The position numbers and the translations under genes are program-made. DNA of 64,000 bases. Source: the human T2T-CHM13v2.0 reference genome, Homo sapiens. This document shows positions 32,981-46,947 of the stretch, piece after piece (position 1 is the first letter of the stretch; every line of letters begins with the position of its first letter). The DNA lies in NCBI RefSeq assembly GCF_009914755.1, contig NC_060935.1. The stretch is one strand, 5' to 3'. A model generated the notes under the pieces. That model searched no databases, was not told the origin of the DNA, and was given only the letters and a program-made list of their open reading frames with translations.

Positions 32981-35900
32981 GTGATGAGGAGGACTCTCCA
33001 AGTAGGTAACTAGTTTCAGGTAGGATTGAATGGGAGAGGGTTCTTGGGAGCCTTCAGGTTATTCCTGCTGCTTGGGGGCGGGAGGTGGAGGAGGAGCTGA
33101 AGGCGGAGGTATGAAATCAACCACAAAAGTAAAATGTATGTAAAGTTTTAAAAAAGAAACGTAAAATCACATGATAAAGTTATTTGTTTTTGAAATGTTA
33201 TTACAAATAGTTTGTAATGTTAAAACATAGGAAGAGGTTAAAAAAAGGTAAATCAAATGAGTAAAGAAGACCAAAGTCCTAATAAAAAGATGCTTAAGTT
33301 GCTAAAGCAAGAAAATCTCATCTATCACCTTCTGTTGGAAAACCACCAGGGATGGCATGTATGATGAAAAATAATTCCAGAACCTTTCAAGATCTGAAAG
33401 CCACAGACATTGAAGGTGTTAAACAGGGAAGGAATACCTACTTTGCCTTCTGGTAAAAAAGAAGGTCTGCAAGAAAAAAAAAAAGTGGCATTTATACGCG
33501 TAGTACAGACAACGTAAGTAATTGTCAGTACTATCTCTCACAGGGCACATGAAATGTGGAGAAGGAAGACTAGATTGGTGCAGGACTTCTGAGAAAACCC
33601 ACATCTTGATGATTCTCCCAGGACACCTCCCGCTGCAGCTCAGCCCCAGATGGAGTCTCACTGCCAATTCTGCCAGGCTACATACATAGCTTTCAGTTGT
33701 TAGGAAATGAGCTATGAGTTTCAGTGTTGTGTCTGACTTATAGGCTTTTCTCCTTCTAAACCATGCGGAGCAATTTTCCTTCTTAAGAATTTCTTAAGAT
33801 CAAAGCAACCCAGCCTCTTTTTGCATAAGAAAGATGTTTTATTAGAACAAACAAGAATATACCATACAATATCAAAGTGATACTTTATGCATGCCAATTT
33901 TTCTATGCATGCTGACATTTAAGTCTAGTTTGACATCATAGTTCCATCTCAGAAGAACGTGGCTTTGAACACAAGATGAATTCTCTGTTTTTCTATGAGG
34001 TCTCCCCGGGTCCCAGCTGCCGGTTTATTTATAGAATGTGGTCCCACCCAAAGTGTGCGGTTAGTCTCTTCAACTAGATACTGCCAGCCATTTGGTCTGG
34101 CAATTCTGAAGAGAGATGCTGCTATATCTAGTTTGTAAAAGTTCCAAGCCATGAATGCAAGAGACCGGTGTGGCTATTTATTTGCCTGTACAAAAGAGTG
34201 AACTCTTATCCCTGGCCAGGCCCACAAGCAGTATTACATATAGGAGGTCTTAACCAGCATAAGGGGAGAGAGAAACACAAGAAGAGAGAGGGTAGAATAA
34301 AGGCAGCAAAGGTCAATATAAACACCTGGCTTATCATCCCCAGGGGGTTTGAAAATGTTATAGACATGAGGACAAGTCACCAGGAAATCAGGGAGGTAGT
34401 CACGGATCAAGCTGATGGAAGAACGTGCTGGCATACATGGCGTATCACCTTACATGCAAGATAGTCAGGTTGCCCCTGCTTGCTTTTATGTCAGGGAGAT
34501 CCAGATTCATTATCTAGACACAAGCAAGTGAAATACAAATGATTCCTCATTTCTGTGGATGATCACAGAGTAGGCAAGCTCTAGGTTTGTGAAGGTTTAA
34601 GACTAGAAACATAAGACTATTCATCTTTAGAAAAATGTTAAGCATCTCATCAGAGCTCCTTTAATGCATCACTCATTAATTCATGAGTGTGCATAATTAC
34701 ATGTACCTACAAAGAAAAAAAGTAAGTGAATGTTGATGGTGCATAGGACAACAACAAGGTGTCTACAAAACTCTAACACTTAAACCATAAAATCAGCCCG
34801 TGGTTTCACTACGCACTCTCTGTGTGTAAATTGTGTCACAGAAGCATTTTAGAGAAAAAAATATATATTTCTTAGACCAAAAGTAGGAAAAGCTGTAAGT
34901 TCATCAATCTATAAATATTGATTAGAAGGGAGGACAGTCATCTTGGAAGAAAGGAAAAGGAATGCTTGGGGAGAAAAATTGGTAGTGCCCTTGCCCAGGG
35001 CCTCAGCCGATCTGGACCCTCTAGCTGGGTGTATCAGGAACTGATCCACTTTATCAGCTTTGCTGTGATCCCTTTCTCTCCAAATAGACTTTTCATTGTA
35101 ATTTGTCTTTCTATATGGCTTCCTGACAGATGGATAATTGTGCCACTGGCGTAAGTTCAAGCTTGGCAGCTTTGTTCTTCACTGAAAATTAAATCTGTCA
35201 TTCTGGCTTATGCAGATAGCTATTCTGAGCTTGGTTAACTTCAGTCCATCTGGAAAAGATTTTTGGAAGTTGCAAACATGAGTGCCACACCCTAGATGAT
35301 GGTAATTTTACTAAAGTGAATTCTATCTCCAGCTAGCTAGCCCTCCCAGGAAAGAGTTTCACCTCCTCCTCCTTCAAATGGCTATAAAATGCCTGATTCC
35401 TTAAGGGCCCAAAATATTCTGTTTAATGTGTGTCTGATTATATGCCCCATAATAAATACACTTGTTTAGGAAATATTTAACATGTGGCTTACTGTATACC
35501 CCCAAACATTCAAGTCTTACAACCAATCTCCATCTTATGTATTACAATTAATGCATATTAATTCTATTAATAAGACTTACATTCTTCTTGGTAGTTGGGC
35601 AAACTGCAAAAATACCTTATATCTTCTCAGTGCAATGAGAAATTTACCATTACTCGTAGATATATATGTGATTGAACAAGAAAAATTTTTATGAAGACTT
35701 TTTATTCAGAATCTCTGTTCATCAAAAAAGTTTAGAGATGGTAAAGATTGATAATAGCTCCATGTAAATCCAAAGCATGAGACATTTTCATTAGTTAATT
35801 GTGTCGCTTCAATGACTACCATTTTGAAAATTGATAAACTGAAGGATAGGAGCTTGGTGAGTTAGAGTACAGGTCAAGAATGGTGGAGGAAAAAAAATAG

Positions 35901-36271
35901 CTATAAGGAAAAGGGGGAGAGGCATCCAGGTAGCTGATAGAGTTGGCAAAATGGCCACAGCTGTGAACCTGAGCCCGCTCTAGTTCCCTAAGAACTGCTT
36001 CTGATATGCAAGAGAAATCATAGAGATAGTAATATGGGTGCACCTGTTGGCTGAGACTGATATGTCTCAATTGGAGTGGATACCCTAAACTTATTTCTTT
36101 GGTCTCTTTTTAACACATTACCCGGATTTTCCTTGACTTATATAAAACTGAGTAAAAATATTGACTAATAATGTAAGCTAACCTGTACTAAGTATTACCA
36201 TATGCCAGGCACTGGGCTAAGCCCTCTTTATGCATATTCTCACTTAATTGTTGTATCAATTTTATGGGGTA

Positions 36272-37027
36272 TGTTGACAAAAAGAGTCAAACTCTGTAAA
36301 ATATTTGAAGAGATTTATTCTGAGCCAAATATGAGTAACCATGGCCCGCAACACAGCCGTCAGAAGGTCCTGAGAATATTCGCCCAAGGTGGTCGGGGTA
36401 CAGCTTGGTTTTATATATTTTAGGGAAGCATGATACATCAATCAAATACATTTAAGAAATACATTGGTTTCGTTCAGAAAGGCGGGACAACTCAAATTGG
36501 AGACTTCCAGGCTATGGGTAAATTTAAACATTTTCTGGCAGACAATTGGTTGAGTTCGTCTGAAGACCTGGGATTAATGGAAAGAAATGTTCAGGTTAAG
36601 GTAAAGGATTGTGGAGACCAAGTTTTATTGTGCAGAAGAAGCTCTCAGACAGCAGACTTCAGAGAGAGCAGGTTGTAAATTGTTTCTTATCAGACTTAAA
36701 AGGGTGCCTGGCTCTTAGTTGATTATCTCCTAGATCAGGGAAGGAAGGAAGGAAAACAAAGTGGAGAGGGGATTCTCTATAGAATGTGGATTTTTCCCAC
36801 AAGAGACTTTGCAAGGCAATTTCAAGGTATGTCAAGGAAATATATTTTTGTGTAAAACATTTTGATTTTCTTCCTTGTTATGCTACAGTCAGATTGTAAA
36901 GTAAGTCACTGTATACGGTGTTAAATAAAACCCATCTAATGAGAATTTATGGTTTGCAGGGCATGACTCCCCAGACCCCTTAGAAAGGAATTTGGGCAAG
37001 ATAAAAAAAATCAGAGCTTAGTCCTCA
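36272..37027 (-). mobile_element. MER4-group solo LTR (MER4E-like) inserted in a MIR
   Basis: TG..CA termini (minus start TGAGGACTAAGCTCTG); perfect TSD GGTA at 36268-36271 and 37028-37031; MIR halves on both sides. Confidence 0.85.
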
Positions 37028-37829
37028 GGTAGCTACAGATGAGGAAAATAGAGTTTCTAAATAACTTGGATCAGGCTATGTACCTACAAAATGGCAGAGA
37101 TGAAATTAATAATCTCAGATCCAATGACTTAAAAGTGAATATTCTTAACCCTCTTTGCAAAAGTCCCTCCATATCCTCTTTCTAATGCAATAAAGCCATT
37201 GCAAAAATTACATTTCCTACCAAACTAAGGAAATCTCTTCTATTTCTTCTATTTGGATAATGATTAAGCATTATATAATAATAATAATAGTAATAGCACC
37301 TCTGGGACATTTTCTATTCACAATGCAGTATTCTAAGTATTTACATGTACTGACTCATTTAATTCTTCACAATAGTCCTAGGATAAAATTACTATTATAA
37401 TTTCCATTTTATGGTTAGGATCTGAGGCACCTAGAGTCCAAGCAACTTGCCTAAAGACACACAGGCAGATATTATTTACTCACTTATTTATAGCCTACCC
37501 AAGAAAGGCCACAGCTGAATGAATTTATTCTAGTTCTTTAATGCCAGTTCAAGGATACATAACAAGTTCTAAGAAAATGTAGAGGAGAAAAATCATTTTC
37601 TTCAATTCTTTGGCTAAGTTCTCTTCCAGAATTAATCACAGCCCTGGTAAAAATAGAGAACTTTTCATCCCAAATGAGCGTATGCTTCTCTTTAGATTCC
37701 TAAGAAACTTTAATTGTCAGTTAGAAAGCTGTCACTTTGGGCTTAAGCAATAATTCCTTGGTTTTATTCAAATTGTTTTAGTGGCCTCTTTTTGTAGTTG
37801 ATTGAATTGGCCGAGAGGTTTTTTGTTCA

Positions 37830-38269
37830 GTCATTAAGGCCTACTGTTCTTGCACTGCTATAAAAATATTCCTTAGGCTAGGTAATTCATAAAGAGATTT
37901 AATTGGCTCACAGTTCTTCAGGCTTTACAGGAAGCATGGTGCTGGCATCAGCTTAGCTTCTAGGGAGGCCTCAGGAAACTTACAATCATGGCAGAAGGCA
38001 AAGGGGGAGCAGGTACATCACATGACAAAAGCAGGAGCAAGAGAGAGAGGCAGAGTGAGAGGAGAGAGAAAGTGGCAGGGGATTGGTGGGAGTGCTACAC
38101 ACTTTTAAATGACCAGATCTCACAAGAACTCACTATCATGAATACAACACCAACCCATGAGAGATCCACCCCCATAGATTCAAACACCTCCCACCAGGCC
38201 CCACCTCCAGCACTGGAGATTGCAATTAAACATGAGATGTGAATGGGGACAAATATCCAAATTCTATCA
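37830..38269 (-). mobile_element. MSTB-like MaLR solo LTR
   Basis: GGGAGGCCTCAGGAAACTTACAATCATGGCAGAAGG; ends GGGGACAAATATCCAAATTCTATCA. Confidence 0.85.
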
Positions 38270-38823
38270 AGGCCCAAATCAGAATTATTGCCTTAATGCC
38301 TCTAAAGAGTATGAAAACTCTCCCATCAGTCACAGGGGCTCCTATGGCCATGATTCTGAAACATGGGAAGGTATCTGCCCTGTGGTTTTCATGAGCTCTA
38401 AGGAAACCATTTGAGAATCTCAGAAGAGGGAAAGGCAACTGTGTTTAGAAAAAACATCATCCTCTTCAGGTCATTATACCATGTTGTACCTTAAATATCA
38501 CCACACTAAATGCTGGACTAACATTTTTTCGATGACTTTCCTCCTATACATACAAACTCTGTTTTAACATTCCAGGATGTTTTTTGTCATGATGAAGTTT
38601 TCTCCTAGGCAGAGCATTTAAAATCTCAAACTATACAATGCTATTCATTTTACAAAGCAACAATGGCCAAAATGTTTTCTAATAGCCAACAGGCAAACTA
38701 TTAGTGAAATCTTAAGCAGGAGGGAAAAAAGCCTGATTCCCACAATTCATTCTATAGATCAACTAGTTTAAAATTACGTAAATGTCTGCACAATTCACCT
38801 AGCTCACAGCTTCATTGTAAACA

Positions 38824-39798
38824 TTAGCCCAAGGTCATAAAAATGAATGGTCCACCGTGAGAAATCCCGGGGTCCCTTTCCATGGCTTTCCTCATGGCAT
38901 TTTTAATCTCCTTATTCCTAAAACTGTAGATGATGGGATTCACCACGGGGATCACCAAGGCATAGAATATGGACACCACCTTGTCCCTGTTTAGGGAGTA
39001 GCTGGAACTGGGTCGCATGTACATGAAGAATCCAGAACCATAGAAGAGGGTCACAGCAGTCAGGTGAGAGGCACAAGTGCTGAAGGCCTTTGTCCTACCT
39101 GTAGCTGAGCTGATCTTCACAACAGCAGCAACAATGTAACCATAAGAGATGAGGACCACTAGCACAGACACTATTCCAACGACAACACTGACTATGAAGG
39201 TCACCACCTCGCTGGTGAAGGTATCAGAGCAGGACAGAGCCAGGACTGGAGGGAGGTCACAGAAAAAGTGGTTGATCATATAGGGCCCACAGAAATCATG
39301 CTGATAGACAGAGTATGTTTCAATGAAAGAACTAAGGAATCCACCCACATAGGCGCCAACCACCATCTTTAAACAAAGTGTATGGGATATGAGGACTGTG
39401 TAAAGCAAGGGGTTGCAGATTGCAGCATACCGGTCATAGGCCATAGCTGCCAGGAGAAAGCATTCAGTCAGCCCCATCCCACAGAAGACAAAGTACTGAG
39501 TGGCACAGCCAACAAAGGAAATGGTTTTCTGCTCTGTGATGATGTCAGACAGCATCTTAGGGGCGGTGGAGGACACATAGCAGATGTCCAGGAAGGACAG
39601 GTTACTGAGGAAGAAGTACATGGGCATGTGCAGGTGAGAGTCCATCTTAATGAGGGCAATGAGGCTTAAGTTCCAGGCCAACGTCAGGAGGTAGAGCCCC
39701 AGAAATAACATGAAAAGGAAAATCTTCATTTGAGGATGGTCTGAAAGTCCCAGGAGAATGAATTTTGTCACAATTGTGTTGTTCCTTCCTACAGCCAT
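38824..39798 (-). CDS. OR5A2: Olfactory receptor 5A2 (324 aa, intact; Phe103, Pro172)
   Basis: Recognised protein MAVGRNNTIVTKF..GPFIFMTLG; all OR motifs present ([33 protein letters not shown]). Confidence 0.97.
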   Translation of the reverse strand: MAVGRNNTIVTKFILLGLSDHPQMKIFLFMLFLGLYLLTLAWNLSLIALIKMDSHLHMPMYFFLSNLSFLDICYVSSTAPKMLSDIITEQKTISFVGCATQYFVFCGMGLTECFLLAAMAYDRYAAICNPLLYTVLISHTLCLKMVVGAYVGGFLSSFIETYSVYQHDFCGPYMINHFFCDLPPVLALSCSDTFTSEVVTFIVSVVVGIVSVLVVLISYGYIVAAVVKISSATGRTKAFSTCASHLTAVTLFYGSGFFMYMRPSSSYSLNRDKVVSIFYALVIPVVNPIIYSFRNKEIKNAMRKAMERDPGISHGGPFIFMTLG

Positions 39799-39889
39799 AG
39801 GCCTGCTTCCTGCATAAAGTCTTTACTTTCTTCTTTAAGAATCCTGTGGTCAGCTAGATTTTGTTTGTTATTGTAAGAGTGGGTATTTC

Positions 39890-39915
39890 CTAGAAGATCA
39901 TACAAACAGTCAGCA
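39890..39915 (-). promoter_or_regulatory. Candidate splice acceptor of the OR5A2 coding exon, 91 nt upstream of the ATG
   Basis: Minus strand gCTGACtgtttgtatgatcttcTAG|G (branch point plus AG). Confidence 0.6.
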
Positions 39916-40433
39916 ACAAGTTAAACTACACCCAGTTAAAGCCCAGCCACCTGCTAGGCAAAGACTTTTCAGAGGAAGTCAGCCTAGGATAATCCATATG
40001 CTCTATGCTTGTTGACCAAAAGAGAATCCATCTAATAATAAAGTAGAAACTGATTGGGAGTCAGAAGCCTGAGTTTTGTCTTCAGCTCCATTCATAACTT
40101 GCTGAGGACTTTGGAAAAGTCATTTCTCCAGATTCTCATTTTCCCAAATGGGAAAGGAGAGGGTTGAATCAGATGAGTTTGAAGTGTCCCTTTGGATTTG
40201 GGTTCCCTATGGTTTTTTAGACTTTCTGACTTGAAAATAAAGTGTAAATAAATAAAGTATAATAAAGTTAGGCATTTTTAAGCATTATAGATCTTTAGTA
40301 TGAGAACTCAAAAGAAGGGAACTGAATTTAGTGGGCTACAATTTTTGACATATTCCATTTTGGTGGAGGAAATCCAGGCAATGGTCTAACAATCTATTCT
40401 TCTAGGTAGTAAAACTAAGTGGGAAAAAAATTT

Positions 40434-40560
40434 GTGTGTGTGTGTGTGTATACATATTTGTGTGTATATGTATATTTGTATATATATATATGTTATATGT
40501 GTGTGTGCAGGGATAATTGTATATATGTGTATGTTTGTGCATATATATGCACACACACAC
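40434..40560. repeat. (TG)n/(TA)n compound microsatellite
   Basis: Direct reading. Confidence 0.9.
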
Positions 40561-40974
40561 TTAGCATGCTTAAGACCAGAACATTTATTCTAATTATATA
40601 ATGCTCTTAATAAAAGTCATTGCACAAAATTCATAGAATGACAAAAATTTGGACTAGCACGGTCAGCACAATTATAGGAAAGAAGGGATATGAACAGGTT
40701 TCCATAAAGGGGAAAGGGGAGCCGTACCTAAGCTGACTGAGATGGGCTGAGCCATTGTGGTCAAGAACAAACAGCAATCAATATTTCCTGGGCAAGAAAA
40801 GCAGCAGGGAGAAGAGGGTTCATTCAATATTTAAAGACAGTGATAAGCAAGGGACAACTTTGATGTCATCAGGCCAGAACAGACGATGACTATGAAGACA
40901 AGAGGTAAGCCCATACATATCTGGCAGTTAAGAAAGACAGACTGGCACTGATGTAAGATCAAAATGAGGAAACA

Positions 40975-41450
<476 letters not shown>

Positions 41451-41865
41451 AATTTTTTTAAAAAATTAGGAAATACAAATGCGTATAAAGAGGCAGAAAT
41501 GCCCTGAGAAAGACTCAGTGGTGAAATTAAGGTTGCTGTATTTTATTATTTGTATGGAATTTGTTTGCCCATGCATGTTTGCACCCAATGGTAACTGTGG
41601 TTCTGTGTCACTTATCATATTAAAAACTGCTCCTAGCTTTGTGTTTTTTACAAATTTCTAATCTCCCCTCAAATCACTGGTCAAGCAGTCAAAACCAAGA
41701 CGAGCCTAGATTGATCTTCACTAAAACATCAATCTATTTAATCCTATCAAAAAGGAAGTAAGAGGAATTTGGTATCTCTTATCTTGGTGAAATCTTCCCT
41801 ACCAGAATGTAAGTTACTCAAAGACAGGCAGGGAGTTTTGCCCATTCTGTTTCCTGATCTATCCT

Positions 41866-42595
41866 TGTAACCACCCAATGGGTTCACCTTGCCCACTGCC
41901 TAGACAGAGCTCATTTATCAAGACAGGGGAATTGCAATGGAGAAAGAGTAATTCAGGCAGAGCTGGTTGTGCAGGAGGACTGGAGTTTTATTATTACTCA
42001 AATTAGTCTCCCTGAGCATCAGGGATCAGAGTTTTTAAAGATAATTTGGCGAGTAGGGGCTTGGGAAGTGGGGAATGCTGATTGGTTAGGCTGGAGATGG
42101 AATCAAATGGGTCGAAGTGAGTTTTTCTTGCTGTCTTCTGTTCCTGGGTGGGATGGCAGAACTGGTTGAGCCAGTTAACGGGTCTGGGTGGTGTCAGCTG
42201 ATCCATCTAGTGCAGGGTCTGCAAAATATCTCAAGCACTGATCTTAGGTTTTACAGTAGTGATGTTATCCCCGGGGCCAATTTGGGAAGGTTTATACTCT
42301 TGGAGTCAGAGGCTGCATGACCCCTAAACAGTAATTTCTAATCTTGCAGCTAATTTGTTAGTCCTGCAAAGACAGACTGGTCCCTAGGCAAAAGGGGGGT
42401 CTCTTCAGGAAAGAGCTGCTATTAATTTTGTTTCAGAGTCAAACCATGAACTGAATTCCTTCCCAAAGTTACTTCAGCTTATGCCCAAGAATGGACAAAG
42501 ACAGCTTAAAGGTTAGAAGCAAGATGGAGTCAGGTAGATATGATTTCTTTGACTGTCATAATTTCCTCAGTTATAATTTTGCAAAGACAGTTTTA
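41866..42595 (-). mobile_element. LTR8-family solo LTR inserted in an L2 3' end
   Basis: Minus start resembles TGAAACCGCCTTTGCAAAATTATAACTGAGG; TSD TCCT/TCAT; L2 tail continues 42596-42660. Confidence 0.8.
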
Positions 42596-43008
42596 TCATA
42601 AGTACAAAGAACAGGGCCTGGGACATAGGTGCCCAGTAAATATTTTGCTGAATAAATAGATTTTTTTCCACCACTTATCCTCAGAGTTTACCAGAAGGGT
42701 TTGGCCTATGACTTACTATATTTGGTGTGTTACTATTATAAGAACAAAACACATAATATATAATTAATCACAAACAATAATTATATAACAATCATAATAT
42801 AATAATATAATCAAACACTTATTTAGTACTTATTGTGTGCGAGGTACTGTTTGAAAGACTTGATTTTTATAAACCCATTTAATTCTCCTAATAGACTCAA
42901 GAAGTGGCAGCGTTTCTCGCCCCATTTTACAAATAAAAGGTAGAATAGGCTGTAAATGCATAGTTGTGATTTGCTGCTGAATGGATGAGGTAGGAGGGAA
43001 TGAGCTGG

Positions 43009-43400
43009 ACTTACTGGATTGCATTGGGCAGAAGGGTCCTGCAATCTTGTGCTACAAGAGAAGAAATATTGATTGCTTTGTTGCCATAACATCTTTTGCA
43101 AACCAGATCATCTGCATTTCCCACTGCTCCATGGCTGGTTTCTCGTTCCATCAATTTCTTATGCTTTGGCCTCATGTAAATAGTAAACCATGCTTCTGGA
43201 ATCTCCGCTCCTTTGTTAACAAGTCTTCCAAATAAATGGGCTGTGGGAGTTCATTATTTTAATGGGCAGAGGTAGCCACATTCTTTCCCCAAGAGGCTGC
43301 CCTCTGCCACTCACTCCAGGGTCCAACATAAAAAGCCCAGCAATCATTAGAGCTAAACATTTCTGAGCACTAATTGTTCCCTGGAGTGGTGGCGAAAAGA
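43009..43400 (-). promoter_or_regulatory. Candidate OR5A2 first exon donor and promoter
   Basis: Donor CCA|GTAAGT at 43015/43014; minus-strand TAATGA at 43251-43256 and 43344-43349; O/E-like CCCCAAGAG 43287-43295; TAATTG-T-TCCCTGGAG 43371-43386. Confidence 0.65.
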
Positions 43401-44588
43401 GCCAACCGCTCATCACGGGAGCCTCTTTCCATCCCCCTACCTATTCTTCTCTGAGCTTTCCCTGATTTGAGTCCAGGAAGACTCCCTGCTGGGTTAGTAG
43501 ATGCCTTTTGCTTAAAAGAAATTTCATCAGAAGTAAATCACACATAAACACACCAAGCCTTGTGCTGAAATATACTGGTTAGAAACACGTTTCCAACTCT
43601 GAGAATTGGGTTTAAATTCTGGCTCTGCCCTTTTATCAATATAAACATGTTCAATGTTGTTTAATGTCTTAAACTTATCAACTCCCTCATTTGTAAAACT
43701 GGTGTAACAAGAATACCTACCTCAACAGAGTTGTGATAATTAAATAAGCTGTGAATAAGAAAGGCTTAGCACAGTGCCTAACAAACAGAAATCACTCAAT
43801 GAATGTAAACTAATGATGTCATTAACTCTGTTTCTTGGGTCATGGCCAAAAATATGTCTTTCCTTTCTATCTTTTTATTGTGACTTATTTGCATCACGAT
43901 GAAAAGATTTCTTTTCTCTTTATTTTTTTTAATGAGGCTGGATGGGATGAAGGGCTTGATGGGGCTCTTCTTTTCTCTTTTTAATATTTTGGGTGCTACT
44001 ACCAGCAATGCCACTACCTGGATGAGTCACTGTGGGCAAGTCAATTAACCCCTCCAGCCTGAGTGAATTGGGCTCACTCTCCAAGAATTCCTCCAGCCCT
44101 GAAAGTCTGATGTTTCAAAACATTGATTTCCTGTTTTTTTAAATGTTTTCTTCAGAAATAAAGTTTATAAAAAATGAATTCATCTATTTCATGGAGACTA
44201 AGTCAGCAATCCTCAGTCTCAAAAGAAAAAAAATTAAATGAGAGAAATGTCTTCTATATAAAGGGGTATAATTACTGAGACTCTTGACTTACAAGGTAAC
44301 AGGCTTAATTTAGGGAAGAAATTTAGCAACTAAGACTGTTGACAGAAACGGAGGTAAATGTCTTCAAGAATCAACTGTGAACATGAAAAGGCAAGGAAGT
44401 CCATCCTCAAAAGAAACATTCTTATCTAAGTTTGAAGATAAACTGTCCTAGGAAATTCTGATGCTGAAAGAGTAAACCCCAACTAACTATGAAAGAGTTT
44501 GATACTGAGTTAAGATCTGGGAAATTTAAAAGGTAGATCTCACAGTTATGAAGGATACATTTTTCTAGGATTAGAAAAGGCTGATAAG

Positions 44589-44940
<352 letters not shown>

Positions 44941-45019
44941 TCATGGCAACTCTGATTATAGTGATAATGACTATCTACAAAGTAAGATTGAGAATCTTAA
45001 GAATAAAGAGCAATAATTT

Positions 45020-45340
45020 CTTTTGCACCAGTTTGGATGGAGCTGGAGGCCATTATTCTACATGAAGTAACTCAGGAATGGAAAACCAAATACTGTATGT
45101 TCTCACTTATAAGTAGGAGCAAAGCTGTGAGAACACAGAGACATACAGAGTGATATGGACTTTGGGGCCTCAGGGGGAAGGGTGGAAGTGGGATGAGGAA
45201 TAAAAGACTACATATTGGGTATAGTGTGCACTGCTTGAGTGACAGGTACGCTAAAATCTCAGAATTCATCACTAATAGAATTCATCCATGTAATCAAAAA
45301 CCACTTGTACCCCTAAAGCTATTGAAATAAAAAAAGAACA
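45020..45340 (+). mobile_element. L1MA-type 3' end
   Basis: GAGCTGGAGGCCATTATTC ... CTATTGAAATAAAAAAA. Confidence 0.8.
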
Positions 45341-45627
45341 AATTATAAATTAACAATGTCTGCATTGGACAGAAAAATGCAGAATGAGGACTCAGAATGT
45401 ATTTATTAACCTAGTCTATAAGAAATCTGAGAATGAGGAAGAAAGTCATCCTATTAAATCCATCTGGATAAAACCATAAACTCTTCATGCCCTTACTTTA
45501 AAAAATCAAATTTGATCAAAATAGCAGAAGTTTCAGTGAACATCAGAAAGTAGCAAAGGAAATATGTTACGGGACAATATGAATATATTTAATATTACTC
45601 GTTTACACTTAAAAATAATTAAGATGA

Positions 45628-46227
45628 TGTGATGGTGAATTTTAGGTGTCAACCGGACTGGATTAAGAGATATCCAGATAGCTGGTAAAGCACTATTTCT
45701 GGGTATGTCTGTAAGACAGAGGATGTTTTGAACCAGTGGACTGAGTAAGGAAGATCCACCCTCACTCAATGTTGATGGGCACCCTCCAATCAGTTGAGGG
45801 CCTGGAAAGAACAAAAAAGCAGTGGAAAAGTAAATTCCCCCTCTCTCCTCTGAAGTTGAGATATCTTTCTCTCTTCCTTTGACATCGCATCTCCAGGGTC
45901 TCCTTTGGAGTCTGGGATTTGCATTAGTAGCCCCTTAATTTATCAGGTGCTTGGCCTCATGTTGAGAGTTACACCGTTGGCTTTCTTGGTTTGGAGGCCT
46001 TTGGACTTAGACTGAACCATGCTCAGGAAGTCAGGATTCTGTGATTGTTGAGCTTGCAGATGTCACATTATGGGACTTCTCAGCCTCCATAATCTCATGA
46101 GCCAGTTCTCCTGATAAACCCACTCTCACCTACCCATCTGTTAATATCTGTCCATCTATTCATCTATCTGTCTATCTATTCATACATCCTCCTGGTTCTG
46201 TCTCTCTAGAGAACCCCAACTAATAAA
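45628..46227 (+). mobile_element. MLT2 (ERVL) solo LTR within an old L1 tail
   Basis: TGTGATGGTGAATTTTAGGTGTCAAC ... CTAGAGAACCCCAACTAATA; TSD GATGA/GATGG. Confidence 0.85.
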
Positions 46228-46947
46228 GATGGTAAACTTAATGTCATATGCTTTTTACCACAATAAAAAAGTATGAAAGCAAATAGCACATAAAGGCAAA
46301 TAAACTCCATATCGAATTATAAATGTTTAGAATTGGAAGTGCTTTGATGTTCAACTCAAAATTTATCTCCCTAGGATTCTATGCATCTTAGAGTTTGTTC
46401 TCTGACAGCATCTCCTGAAATATGATTTACTTTCATTTTAGCTTAACATTTTAGCATAGCTATTTTAATGAGTTTACTTGAATCATTTCAAAGAAAACCC
46501 AGAGAAAAATCCAAATATCCTTAGTAGTAAAACATCTTAACTCTCAAATTGGAATTTGAAAAGTTATCTCAGGGTGCATTTCTTCCACTAGCGACTAGGA
46601 AAAATTTCAACCTGATATGGATCCAAAGTGTTTTCACAAGACATCTCTAACAAACCCAAAGTGAAGGTATATTGAAAAGTTTTAGAGGTCTTTAACAATT
46701 TATACAAGAGGGAAAGCGCAAAGGCATCATAGGACCTGAATTATAATTCCCATTCTACTATGGCAGATTGCGCTGTTGATCTCTCTTGACCCCTCTCTGG
46801 ACCTCAACTTTTTTTATTCTGAAACCAAAGAGCTAGAATAGAAAACCTCTAAAAACTCAAACAGCATGATTACTGCTAAGATAACTTAATTACTAAACCA
46901 TTGTCTGTCAAAACCAAGCACCTATTGGTTTTTATCCGTATGGAATG

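Noticed and set aside
39382-39669. Overlapping and antisense ORFs within OR CDSs (also 60292-60654, 8351-8575)
   Set aside because: Codon-bias shadows of the OR frames with no recognisable motifs
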